Assembly (NCBI GenBank): GCA_002633005.1 | Contig: NMRA01000107.1 | Location: forward strand, 165,492-229,491 | DNA length: 64,000 nt | Direction: 5' to 3' | From: Phoronis australis | Taxonomy: Eukaryota; Animalia; Phoronida | Shown here: one piece after another, positions 44,101 through 56,021 of the stretch | How positions within the stretch are numbered: position 1 is the first letter of the stretch | Layout of the letters: each line of letters starts with the position of its first letter | Notes under the pieces: model-generated | Databases searched by the model: none | Told to the model about the DNA's origin: nothing | Seen by the model: the letters and a program-made list of their open reading frames with translations, nothing else | Translations under genes and position numbers: made by a program

Positions 44101-47100
44101 CATCTGAAAATTGTCAAGACCCGTTATCACATTAATCAAAATGCACTTTCCAAAATTTCACAAAGCTCCTGCAATGGGTTTAAGAGATGTAGGTGCAGAT
44201 GCAAAAAATTAAACTACCACTAAGGTACACCAAAGTCAGAGCCGTCAAAAACTCAATGTTAACCGTGCTGTTCTAAGTAGGAACAAATTAATCAATTTTC
44301 ATAATGATTCTTAGAGTGGCTCTGCAGATAAGAGGCAGACGACAGAATTTAAACCAATTTAAAAATTGCCACTAGGTGGCTCAAAATACAGTGTATCCAT
44401 CCAAAAATGAGAAGGCATCATCATCCCCGAAACAGATACTAATTTTCAAAATTTCAATAAGATTCATAAAAGAACTGCGCATATAAAATGCAACATAAAA
44501 AATAAATTGCCACTGGGGGGTAAAGCGGAAATCAGATCCATCCGAAAGTCGTCATCCGTTGCCAATGAAGATACAGAAGGATGCACAGACGCCCGACAGA
44601 CATGACGGCAATATGTGACCACATATAAATATGTGAGTAAATAATAACAGAATAGCCATAATCATTATGAGCCAAAAACATAGCAAATGACTAGCATGAA
44701 GAGAAAGGACAAACAATATAATAATTATTCAGCTTGCAAAAGTGAACGTAACTCGAAAATATTCATACAGAAAAGAACAGTTACCAGTTCTTGAACAAGG
44801 TTCTCTCTCAGAGGGTAAGGTAATTTCCAGGCAGCTGACTGATCACTGACCAGATGAGCCACAATGCCAGCAGCAAAGTAACTGACCTCAATGTCAGAGG
44901 AGATCAGCAGTTTACGTACTCTAGACACAAACTCTTCAGTCATCAACCTCTCTCGTAGTGACGAGACCTCGGCAATATTGTTCTGAAAGTGAATCGCAAC
45001 AGTTTCCATTCATTTCACTAAACCAATCCATTTGGTTGAAAACTTCAAACAAGATAAAGATTTATAGATCATACCCAAAGGAAACCAATTCAATGACAAA
45101 AAAGTCAAATCAAAAGGTTCATTTCCCTATGTAGTCATCTTGAGATCTGCATGTGCAATGCTTAGTTCAGTTTAGACTTATAGTCTCAGACATCAGGGTT
45201 TCAATAACACAAAAGTAAAATGAATTAAACTATAAAGTCCCTGTGACAAAGTACACACTTGAACATGTAATCACATCACACGCACACACAGCAAAATGTT
45301 TACTAGGACAATCGCACACAATGGCTGCACTTGACACACTTCCCTGGTTCTGTCACATCAACTGGGAAACATCCGATTGGTATGTAAGCTACAAGACGCC
45401 ACCGAGAACCAATCAAAGATCTTAGCCAGCTGACCTGGCAGAACTGGCAAAGTGAATCAGATGCAGCCATTTTCATCCTTCACATTTGTCCAATCCTCAA
45501 AATAACACCAGCAATCATGGTATTACTTTTCCATAGTGTACCGGTGTTTTGATTTACTATTAATCTCCTTGAGAGCTTGTGTACAGCCCATCCTGACTCA
45601 ATGTGTGCAGCACCAACTCACCAGCAAACCAAGGACTTTGGTCTCCACCTGTACTCTGGTATCAGTCGGTGTGTCACTGTACAACTGTAATGGATAGATG
45701 TCTAAGTCAAAGGCATGTCACTGTACAACTGTAATGAAGAGATCTCTTAAGTCAAGGGACTGTGTCACTGTACAACTGTAATGAAGAGTTCTCATAAGTC
45801 AAGGGTGTGTCACTATACTATTGCAATGAGCAGATGTCATGAGTCAAGGATTTGTCACTTTACAACTGTAATGAACAGATGTCATAAGTCAAGGACATGC
45901 TACAGTAGTTATACTCTAGTTGGAGCAGCTTTACACATGTGACCAATGAGATTTGAACTTCTCGGTTATTTCTTTCACTGTCCAGCAGAAAACCTATTTA
46001 AAAGACTGTTCTGTAGGATCATTTCGATTTAAAACAGGTTACGTAACAATTGACCGATAGTTACAGATGCTTTAGCAGTGAGAAACAAATTTTGATTCAT
46101 TCTGTCAGTCCTTTTAGCCTTTTTAAAAAAGCACGAAATACGCTTTGTGTTCCACGCTGCATGGTTGTGCAGACCACAGTAACATCTGCCCACATTCATT
46201 GCAGACTAAACATCACCAAACCCAGATCAACTAATGACACGCTGAATGTTTGTTCATAGCACAAAGACAAAAATGCTGTCCAGCGATGGTAACGAGATCA
46301 AGGATAGCATGGCGTCACTGTTGATATCAAGTACACAGTGTGTGCGTGTCTGCTGTGTTATCTCCAACGGCTGACAGCCATATAGTCAAAGCACTTGGCC
46401 AACCTACCTCTAACACATTGGTGAACAACTCTAGACCTCCTTCAGACAGGAACTGAACACAGGTAACTGGTGACTCGTCTGCAACAAACAAACACACTCT
46501 AAACTCGAGTAGCATTCAAGGCATGGCATATCATTTACAAAATTGGATGATAGCAACATGTTAACAGTTGCTTGTCTGGTAAAGGATTGTGGATGATGGG
46601 TTTGGGACATTACTTGATGAATGACACACAGACTAGATTAGTGTACATACTGGTTTCTGGGGACATGGAAATAAGTATGAGGCTTTTTCCAGAGAACATC
46701 ATATTACATCTTTCACGGTGTTGAATTTTCTTCATGTTTGTAACTGAATTCCCATTGGATGATTCCCCACTCAGCAGGAGGGTTATAACTAGCAGTGCTG
46801 TAAACAATACGGTTATTACAGATAAATAATTATGAGGACTGAATCTGGCTATAAACCTGTGAGATTCCATAGAGCGCTGAGACTGAACTTCATGGTAACA
46901 TCTACAGTTTTCGTCTTAGACTTGTCGTCCACGATAATCAGTAGCTTCTTCATGAACTCAGGCTGGGAGCCGAGCTTGGACGTCTGCAGGGTGGAGATCT
47001 GGACAGAACAAGTGACAGGTAACAACAGGACTTACACTAACCACACAACAAGTCATACAAACAAAATACTCATTCTTGTATCATTTCAGCATATTTTACA

Positions 47101-50100
47101 AGAAAAAACACTAGAAAAAGAGTGACATGTAGATACGGCTAATGAAAAGAGAACTCAAGGTAGCCTTAATTATCTTACGTGGCAACTCGAACCTTGAAGA
47201 CACGTCATCATATCCAATCAACAAGCAAGATCTGATTCAGTTGTCTTGAGATTTGTACATCACGAAGGTGACAGACCTAATGCAAGCCAATCAGCAACAA
47301 AAATCCACTACTGTAATAACTAAACCAACATTTGTCACCTGACAAGATATACATACAAGCCAATCAGCAACAAATGGTCCACTAAATTAAACCCATATTT
47401 GCCACCTGATGATGTATCGAAGCAGTAATGTATGAATATAGAGGGATCAACTAGGTCATCTATTGTACACAGAGAGCAAAACTCACCTTAGCAGCCAGTA
47501 TAGAACAAATAGCCACACACATTCTGTTCATACTGGGCTCATCAAAGGAACATAGACACTCCATGACTAGCCTGGCACAGCGAAATCGATCAAACGTCTG
47601 AATAAAAGACAACAATTACAGCTGTAATAGTGGTGGTGCCATACTGCGCGTTCAATACTTTGCACTGGTACGCAACCTTAAAATTCAGAACGCAACATAA
47701 TTCAATCCCTCACTATCAAAAAGAATTTTGTCAAAGATTGAACACATGATATTCAAGAATTAACAAGAAAATGTCTGGTAACTGCACAAGTGTGAGTGTG
47801 AAAAAGGGACAAAACATGTAGCAGTAACCCTGGACATCATTCAGAAAACTCACCACATCTTGTAAAATCCTGTCACTGCAGAGAGTCAGCAGAGTGTTCT
47901 TCTGAAGCTGTAACACAAACCATACAGAGCAGCTGCAGGACAGGGAACGAAACAAACACTTTTCAAATGAAGTGCTAAAATTATAGGCGTTAGCATAGAG
48001 TCAACTCTTGCTAGTGGACATTCCATGACAGACATGCGTAACTTCAGGCTCATTCACTTTAGCCTTGGTCACAAGTCACACATTTGCACCCATAAGGTGC
48101 CCAGAAAATGTCAACAAGAACAACATGGAGCCTTGATATGCACCCACTGTGTGCATCGCGTACAGCACAGATACAAGACTCTGAGATGATCGTTATTTTA
48201 ACATCCCCACTAAATGGAACAATGGTAGTGAACTTAATAAAAGCCTCAAAGCAAGTCAGAAATGCTCTCCTCAATACCACCACACCTGCCACCTTTCATC
48301 ATAACTCTTCAACAAGATTGGAGGACAGGGAGGTGGACATCAAAGCACACAAAAACAACACAAATGCCACTAAGAGCCGCAACATAGATTAAATCCCTCT
48401 TGAAACTGGGCACGGGCTGTTTTCTACATGGCAGTCACTAATTTGTCACATTCAACAAGAAGCTTGACAGATATCAAGGCAAACACAAAGACAAACAAAC
48501 TGCAACTAGGGGTCTCCGTAGTAGTCAGATTTGTCCCAAAAATGCACGACACTTGTACTCTACTCAATAGAAACATACAACAAATGTATGAAGATTCACC
48601 AAGGAACTTGTATTGAGCTACAGGCAAAACATAAAATTGCCACAAAAGGGAGCCACGCCAGTCGAACCATTCAAAAATCATCGTCAGCATGCACTACCAC
48701 AGATATGCTACTTCTTATAATGATCCTCAGACTGACTTGGCCGAGAGAGAGAAAAACGCCAAAAAATCAGACTGAAATATAACAAAAATGGCCGCTAGGC
48801 ACGTAAAATATGTCAAATCCATTCAAAAATGAGAAAGTGTTATCGTCTCTGTAATGGAAACTGATTTTCCATGTTTCATGAAAATCCATCAAGGAGCTCC
48901 GCAGATAGAGAGGAAAACATAAACAAACTTAAATTGCTTGCTTTGAAATATGAATAGAAGAAAATGATTTTTTGGGAAACTAATGCGATTCCACAAGCTT
49001 CGCATGTTAATCAAATTTTAACATAAAACTCGGAATTTTAATTTCAACAGGCTGCTGCTGTAACCCAACATTTCAAACAATAATCAAACCTGCTGATGTT
49101 TGGGAAAGTTCTCCATTGAGTCAAGTGTAAGGTCAACAACTTGAGCCAGCCAGCGAGGTTGAATCTTCTGACCCAGGTCACTACGGGTCAAATAGTAGAG
49201 ACAAGCTGTGGCCGCCATCTGCACACCCAGTTGTTTGGGATGATGCTTCATACTAGGTAGTACCAACTGAAAGTGACAAGACTTTGGCAGTAGTACACAT
49301 ACAACAAAAGGCCGCAAATCACAGTTTACACAAATAATGCTGATCTAGACATTCCATCAACATTTGAAGTATCAGAGTGACTGGATTATTGGTGACCTGG
49401 CAGCTGTCAGTCACAGTAGGTACAGGACAAGTAATGTTCACACAGTGACTGGACTATTGGTGACCTGGCAGCTGTCAGTCACAGTAGGTACAGGACAAGT
49501 AATGATCACACATTGACTGGACTATTGGTGACCTGGCAGCTGTCAGTCACAGTAGGTACAGGACAAGTAATGTTCACACAGTGACTGGACTATTGGTGAC
49601 CTGGCAGCTGTCAGTCACAGTAGGCACAGGACAAGTAATGTTCACACAGTGACTGGACTATTGGTGACCTGGCAGCTGTCAGTCGCAGTAGGTACAGGAC
49701 AAGTGTAATGTTCACACAGTGACTGGACTATTGGTGACCTGGCAGCTTCCAGTCACAGTAGGTAAAGGAGAAGTAATGTTCACACAGTGACTGGACTATT
49801 GGTGACCTGGCACCTGTCAGTCACAGTAGGTACAGGACAAGTAATGTTTAAACAGTGACTGGACTATTGGTGACCTGGCAGCTGCCAGTCACAGTAGGTA
49901 AAGGAGAAGTAATGTTCACACAGTGACTGGACTATTGGTGACCTGGCACCTGTCGGTCACAGTAGGTACAGGACAAGTAATGTTTACACAGAGACTGGAC
50001 TATTGGTGACCTGGCACCTGGCAGTCACAGTAGGTACAGGACAAGTAATGTTCACACAGTGACTGGATTATTGGTGACCTGGCAGCTGTCAGTCACAGTA

Positions 50101-53100
50101 GGTACAGGACAAGTAATGTTCACACAGTGACTGGATTATTGGTGACCTGGCACCTGTCAGTCACAGTAGGTACAGGACAAGCAATGTTCACACACTGACT
50201 GGACTATTGGTGACCTGGCAGCTGCCAGTCACAGTAGCGACAGGACAAGTAGTCTTTACACCGTCTGGCTAGGGGATTAATTGGATAAAAGGATGAGACT
50301 TGCGCAATACAAATACATGTTAAATAACTCTAGGCTCACTTGTGTGTACATATGCCCAACAATGTCACTCAAGCACTTTGATCTCACGACCCAATCTTGA
50401 AAGTGTAATAGCTGGTATATTAGGCCATGGCCATATAAGCACAAGGTGCAATCTGGGATACATTTAAAAATCCACATTCACTTATAACAAGACCAGTCAT
50501 CAGTGCTTCGACTTAAGTTTTCTTCCGAATCATAAAGTTGAAATGTTGGATAGCTAAAATCACTCCATGAAAATACTGAATAAGAGGGAAAAAAGAAAAT
50601 GAAACAATTCAACACATTTAGCGAGTGTCGTATTCAAATAATGACATTCTACAAAATGCACCTCGTCTCCTACAGTACCCCAGTACTGTACAATGTACAC
50701 ACCTGAATGATGTCAAGCCTAGGTTGTTGGTATTCCTGGGTGAGTGTAAACAGACTGTAAAGAGTCTTCTGCACATAGACTGCTCGCAGAGAGTAACGCC
50801 TAAGCGACTCTAACAGTTGCTTCTCAGTAGCATCACCGGTCACCTAGCAACAGATATACATGACGGCCAACTGAAACTTGACACAGGACCTATCGTACAC
50901 AGTGTGGCGTTTGATCCGGTGTTCTCAGACAAGCACATCTGACGTCACCCCTTACTCTTATCTCTTACAAAAATATTCAAAAATCCTCACAGTAACATAT
51001 GTCACTTAGAAGTGATTGGCATACTCTGATATGAAACACATTTTGCAATAATGACCAAAATGTAAAGTAGTGAAAATGTTAAAATGTAAGTTGGCTAAAA
51101 CCATTCCATGAAAATACTGAATAACAGGAAAGAATAAACTGCAACAATGCAACACTTTCTGTGAATGTCGTATTTTACAAAAAAAACCTAGTCACAGATT
51201 CGCAGGCAAGTTAGCTCTAGAAGACCTATCATAAAAGTTTTTAAGTTAATTTATACATAACTGATTGAACACACAACACTTTTCATTGTTGACAGTCTTT
51301 ATTCTGTTTCGTTCATATCTTCGGAATAAAACGCTACTCTCAACGGAACATAGATGAAGTAACTGACCTAATGACATAATTAAAGCCACATGATATTTCA
51401 TACCCGCCATGTCCCACTGTGTATGTCTCCAGCTTATGCTCTGTGGTGGCATTACTGTGTCATTTTATATTCACTTGAGAATGAAACAAGTATGTTTAGA
51501 AATATTGTGTCGCTAGGTCACTTACTTCATCTATGTTCCATTGAGAGTAGAGTCTTATTCAGAAGATAAGAACAAAACGAAATAAAGACTGTCAACAAAG
51601 AAAAGTGTCGTGTGTTCAATCAATTCTGTATATCCAAAAACTTGCTCCCAAAGTACAGCCAATTTATCCAAAATAATTTTCTGTTGCAGAACCCTGTATT
51701 CCATAATACACGCTGAAGTATAAGAACAAATCACTTAAGCAAAGCTATAGTTACTTGTTGCCCTAGAAATCTTACCACAATATCAGGCCTGTAGTCTGGG
51801 CACTCTGGCTGAGTAAACAGTGGCGACTCACAGGCATCAATCATAGCCAGCCCAAGAAACTCCATCCCCTGGTGGTGCGACAGGAAATCACTGAAACAAG
51901 AACACCAACAGAATTACAGTAGTCAGGGGATATGGCTCGTTAGCTGTCACAGTATCAAGCAAGACAATGAATGCACAAAAACAATGTATATGGAGTTAAC
52001 TTTATGCCTGCTGTTATGATCATTGTTCTACGGTTGATGAAAAATCTCAAACCTACATACACTGTCACCTATAAAAACCTTTTATGATGCTATAAAAATT
52101 ATTTGGACAGGTTAACATCCCGGGTTCAAACAAAAACACTAACAGATCCAGTGGACTTCATAATTTCAACAGCTAGACTGACACTGCATAATTATATTTA
52201 ATGCAATATAGAGTGCTGCATCAGCACATCAAAATGGTAAAGGTGAAAAAGAATGAAGCAGTTAGTCAACAATATCACCTAAGAGCTCAAACAATACAAA
52301 ACAAAAAATGTAACGTCTTATTTCCAACAACAATATCCAAATATTCAACACTTGCCGTTCTGCCAAACAGGATGTCCCAAGGAAATAATCATGCCACCAC
52401 AGCAATGTTGAATATATTGCTTAAACAAATTATAAAGAAATCCATTCTAAAATTGAAAAAAATGGTCAAATCTTTTGCAAATCCACCCAAAACAGTGAAC
52501 AAGAAGCTAGAGTGACTATACCTCAACAGAGGGAGTGACTATACCTAAACAGAGGGGGTGACTATACCTCAACAGAGGTGTGGTTACACCTTCTTTTCCA
52601 GATATATCCAGTGACGTAAGTCTTGGAAGAGACGTGACATCCCTCAGTAGCCGCTCCAGTTGCACCTTAGACTTCTTCAAGTTCATGAACGGTTGTATGG
52701 CAGTGTCATCACTGATGTCCAGGTGGCGTAAGTTGTCAAATTGGCTAAGCACCTCGGCCACACCATGCTCCGCGGCCAGCTGGACATTGTACATGGTCAG
52801 GGACTTCATCTTTTTCCTCAGCATCAAGAGCGGTGTTATGTCTGTCACATGAGTACATGAGATGTCGAGGGTTGTCAGACACGGCAACTCTTGGGACACA
52901 ATGGTCAGGCCATGTTGTGTGAACTCGGTATAACTAACATTGAGAACCTGAAGGCTTTTCAGTTTAGCTAATGAACAGACTAGATGAAGATGTGTTTTAG
53001 ACAAGAACGTACTACGTGATGTATTCAGCACCAAAAGGTTTTGCTGAGACCAGTCACCGAGACAGTCAATAATGTCATTGACAGCAACCTTCTTCAAACC

Positions 53101-53538
53101 GATGACTTCGAGTTCAGTGACTTTGTGAGACTGTAAAATTTTCAATCCTTCCTTAGTAACAGGCGAATCAACAATGGAAACTTTGCGTAACGTAGTAACA
53201 CCTGGATCGAACAACGTCAGCGTCCGATCAGTCAATTTATGTTTCTCAGACATGCGAGTCAGAAGCTGTTCAGATATATTAGCATGAAAACAAGCCTCAG
53301 AGTCCTTGAACACCAACTTGGTGTGCACCACTTCCCCATCGTCCTTCTCTGCAGCAGCTGCAGCTACAGCCACATGGTTGGTCTCTTGGACAGAAGGTTC
53401 AGCGTCTGGCACCTCAGCTTCTGTCCTGATTGGTAGCTCTGTTCCTAGATCAACAGGCTCTTCCTGACAAAGAGCTTCTATATTTTCACATATGTAGTCT
53501 ATAATGGTGTCGTGTAGACTGATTGGAGAGTCGTACAT
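41002..53538 (-). CDS. ZYG11B: Protein zyg-11 homolog (ZYG11B-like; LRR + armadillo CRL2 substrate receptor), 12 coding exons, 777 aa
   Basis: complement(join(41002-41141,43495-43645,44785-44982,45622-45684,46408-46478,46857-46998,47487-47597,47854-47907,49090-49266,50703-50843,51776-51890,52568-53538)) = 2334 nt; all GT-AG and phases consistent. Motifs VQMAATACLYYLT, LQKNTLLTLCSDRIL, SALWNLTDESP, EVSYFAAGI and MVAYRSFSPFF...VQLWAVWAVHHVC indicate ZYG11 rather than ZER1. Confidence 0.93.
41720..42290. mobile_element. Dispersed repeat, copy of 15440-16010, inside a larger element with inverted motifs at 41566 and 42490
   Basis: Colinear similarity; flanking GTCACCAGAACTAGGGCAAAA / TTTTGCCCTAGTTCCAGTGAC inverted pair. 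Confidence 0.6.
42593..42685 (+). mobile_element. tRNA-derived SINE head (internally deleted)
   Basis: CAGTGTGGCCTAATGGGATAAGTG...CACACTGCTAGA...CAGGCCTC matches the reverse complement of 26487-26599. Confidence 0.55.
43032..43563 (-). repeat. 67/76-bp tandem array made of the ZYG11 exon-11 3' end plus donor site
   Basis: Donor positions recur at 43494 (true), 43427, 43360, 43293, 43226 (mutated), 43150, 43083. Confidence 0.92.
43495..43645 (-). CDS. ZYG11B: ZYG11 coding exon 11
   Basis: ...EMVAYRSFSPFFNLL...VQLWAVWAVHHVCTRN G|GTGAGT. Confidence 0.9.
43870..44640 (-). mobile_element. HINE-like family copy (minus orientation)
   Basis: The reverse complement of 44580-44640 matches the head at 25100-25150; gccactaggtggc monomers. 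Confidence 0.65.
44785..44982 (-). CDS. ZYG11B: ZYG11 coding exon 10
   Basis: NNIAEV...IEVSYFAAGIVAHL... Confidence 0.9.
45622..45684 (-). CDS. ZYG11B: ZYG11 coding exon 9
   Basis: LYSDTPTDTRVQVETKVLGLL|GTGAGT; the acceptor is tandemly repeated upstream. Confidence 0.85.
45672..45895 (-). repeat. ~45-bp tandem array made of the ZYG11 exon-9 acceptor plus first exon bases
   Basis: tgtcactgtacaactgtaatg (with variants) recurs at 45672, 45716, 45763, 45808, 45853. Confidence 0.9.
46408..46478 (-). CDS. ZYG11B: ZYG11 coding exon 8
   Basis: (D)ESPVTCVQFLSEGGLELFTNVLE|GTAGG. Confidence 0.9.
46857..46998 (-). CDS. ZYG11B: ZYG11 coding exon 7
   Basis: ISTLQTSKLGS...DVTMKFSLSALWNLT. Confidence 0.9.
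47487..47597 (-). CDS. ZYG11B: ZYG11 coding exon 6
   Basis: TFDRFRCARLVMECLCSFDEPSMNRMCVAICSILAAK|GTGAGT. Confidence 0.9.
47854..47907 (-). CDS. ZYG11B: ZYG11 coding exon 5
   Basis: LQKNTLLTLCSDRILQDV|GTGAGT. Confidence 0.9.
49090..49266 (-). CDS. ZYG11B: ZYG11 coding exon 4
   Basis: MKHHPKQLGVQMAATACLYYLT...MENFPKHQQ. Confidence 0.9.
49375..50250. repeat. 68-bp minisatellite, ~13 copies, in a ZYG11 intron
   Basis: CAGTGACTGGACTATTGGTGACCTGGCAGCTGTCAGTCACAGTAGGTACAGGACAAGTAATGTTCACA; period 68 (49391, 49459, 49527). Confidence 0.95.
50703..50843 (-). CDS. ZYG11B: ZYG11 coding exon 3
   Basis: VTGDATEKQLLESLRRYSLRAVYVQKTLYSLF... Confidence 0.88.
51252..51632. mobile_element. Fold-back MITE with ~120-bp TIRs and TA ends (Tc1/mariner-like target)
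   Basis: 51252-51370 is the reverse complement of 51515-51632. Confidence 0.8.
51776..51890 (-). CDS. ZYG11B: ZYG11 coding exon 2
   Basis: DFLSHHQGMEFLGLAMIDAC...; donor GTG|GTAAG. Confidence 0.85.
52512..52578 (-). repeat. 23-bp triplication of the ZYG11 exon-1 donor site
   Basis: gtgactatacct(c/a)aacagagg x3; possible exon ends at 52568, 52545, 52522. Confidence 0.9.
52568..53538 (-). CDS. ZYG11B: ZYG11 coding exon 1 (BC/VHL box and LRRs)
   Basis: ATG 53538, acceptor upstream (exon starts 53544); LRR motifs LQVLNVSYT, LTTLDISCT, LRHLDIS, LTSLDIS; donor AG|GTATAG, phase 2. Confidence 0.9.
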
Positions 53539-54331
53539 GTTGACCTACAAAACAAGACATGAGGTAGTCAGTAAACAGCAGTGTGCATGGCATGGCCAAA
53601 TAATCCAAGGCGACAAACTCACATTATGCAAATAGAGGTAATGGGGAGCCATTAAACCCGAGTGTAAAATAGTTGAACACAAACCAATCAAAAACAGTGT
53701 CCATGTTACTTGAGGACAATAGTCACTTTTGAGAATCTCTGATTTAGAAGAACATGCAATTACTCAGTACATGTTATTTTTTAATGTTTATTATGAAAAA
53801 TACAGTGTACAATAATAACATATAAGCCCAGAAAGCACTAGAGAGTATTTATAGCAGGGCATAACACACTTCGAAGGTGAAACTGGCTCTCAAAACCAAG
53901 GAGCACTAAGAGTGAATATCGTACAGTGTGTCAGGTGAGTAGCCATCTTCAGCAAAAAGGCAAATGAGATGTATTTGTAATATTTACAACCTATCTTCTA
54001 TTTATTTATTGTAATATTTAAAATGAGGGTGGCCTCTTCAGTGACAGCATGACTTCCTTCCAAGAGGGCCCTCAACAACAAAAGGGCCCAACAGACAATA
54101 GCAGAGTATGGTTAAGTATCCACACAGTCAAACAAAAACAATTGCCGAAATGGTAATTTTCCAGTTTTTGAAAGCTCATTGCATTTTTAATTGCTCATAA
54201 TTTCGTCATGAGTAAATTTTTTTTTTTTTTTCATGAGTAAATTGATTACATAAAGTGCACCAATGAAAGAAAGTTTTCGTTATGTTCACTTTAAATTGTT
54301 GAAATATTTGATATCCCTTAATGTATATTAA

Positions 54332-56021
54332 AGGAGAATTCCATCCGATTTAATTAGTCTTTTTTTACCATCTTAATCGGTCTATATCCACATCGCCTCT
54401 TATATGGTGGACCTCACCTTGCTGAGAGGTTTCGCATTAACCTGTCAGGAAGGTGAGAAACGACGCAGTGACGTCAGTGGTTCATCTGCACAGTGAATGC
54501 TGCTATATCGCGGTGCATCGTTCCCGCTTGTCCGAACTATGAAGCTGCGAAGAAAGCGGGTATATCCTTTTTTAGACTTCCTCAAGACCCCGAAATGCTT
54601 AGGAAGTGGCTCACTGTAGTGGAGAATGAAAGGTACGCTGTTAATAGCAAGTATGAGGCCATGAAACATCTCCGTGTCTGTGGCTGGCATTTCATCAACA
54701 GTGATTTCTCTGACGAATTCCAGCTTACCAAAGAACTATCCACACGTTCCGTTGCCTGTGCATGTTCACGGCGTCTCTCTAGTATTTCTTGATCAGTATA
54801 TTCCGGTTCGAATTGATTGCCTGTGAAACCTAACGCTCCGACCTGTGAAGTCTTCGTCGGATGAGCTCTTGACTAAGTCAGGATTGGGGCCGGGCGAGTT
54901 GCCATGTAGACGTTTATTATTCTGCGTTCTGTTTCAAAATGAATTATTCTCATCCTAACCAATGCTTATATAAAACTGAAACAAAGTCTGCCTCATTAGA
55001 TACAATTTGTAATGCCTTTGCAGTATTTGTGAGTGCATTGAAATGTTGAGAAGCCACTGAGCAATGAATAAACCACTGCGTTACCGGCTTTTGATGCCGG
55101 CAATAAAGGTACCGAGGGCACCAAGGCCGTGTGAGCGCATGCTAATTCAGTATTTGCTGACAGAAAACTGTTGTGAAACAATTACTCGATTTTATACGCT
55201 ATGGTCACATGTTAGAGGAATCCTTGTTTAGAAATACAAATACATTATTCAAATCATTGTTACTGTACAACCTTTGACCTGACAGTCTGTAGAAGGGGAA
55301 CCCGACTTCACAGCCCCCAACAAAGTAGATTTTCAGTTTCGTGGCTAATTCTCATTATTTCTTTGGCTCACTATTATAGCCTTTTTGTGACTGGAGGTTT
55401 AGTTTCCAACTATGTTCGTGCCAGTCCCAGCGGCCATGACAGGCCTAATCGGGTTTCGAGCCACTGGCCGGGATAACGAGTGAGTCCGGCCGCAAAAAGT
55501 ACGGGCCTGATCGGGTTCCAAGCCACTGGTTAGGATAACAAGCGTTTTGTGTGTTTAGAACTCAAAAAATCATAAGTCTAAACAACACAGTTCTAGGTTC
55601 TCCTGTCTGTATTTCACGGAAGAATACTACAAATTTATCTCCGAACAGACCCCAAACTCCTGCTATGGACCTTGGTAAATTGGCCTGCTGAACTTTGTAG
55701 GCTACGCCTACGGTGTGTCCAAATACCAATAAATCTGTAACAGCGAAATAAAACAACAATTTTTATAAGAACTCGGTGAATTTTTAAGGGTTTTACATCG
55801 ATGTTTTATTATTTATTGTTGTTAAACGATAAATTAGAGCGATAAGCTGACACCTGAGTAACCCAAGTTGTGAACTGCTGACTGCGTGTGAAACCAATCA
55901 TCCAATGACGTCAATGGATAATTTCAACACCTCCGTCTGCCGTCAGGTGTCAGGTAACGCAAGTAGATATACTCGATCCAAATTGATACAAAATAGGTTG
56001 CTTTTTGGGTGGAATTCTCCT
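54332..56021 (+). mobile_element. Kolobok-type DNA transposon (deletion derivative) with a THAP-domain relic
   Basis: TTAA on both sides (54328-31, 56022-25); TIR AGGAGAATTCCA(T/C)CC; purine-purine start; internal THAP ORF. TTAA TSD + RR termini + THAP is the Kolobok combination. Confidence 0.8.
54493..54850 (+). pseudogene. THAP zinc-finger domain of the Kolobok element (no ATG; two stops before the AVPT-like box)
   Basis: SRCIVPAC...SFFRLP.D....KW...LRVCGWHF is a C2CH THAP; in-frame KPNAPT follows two TGA stops. Confidence 0.8.

Noticed and set aside
49375-50250. Regular 68-bp array as a possible CRISPR array
   Set aside because: Units are repeated in full with no unique spacers; eukaryotic intron; no cas genes.
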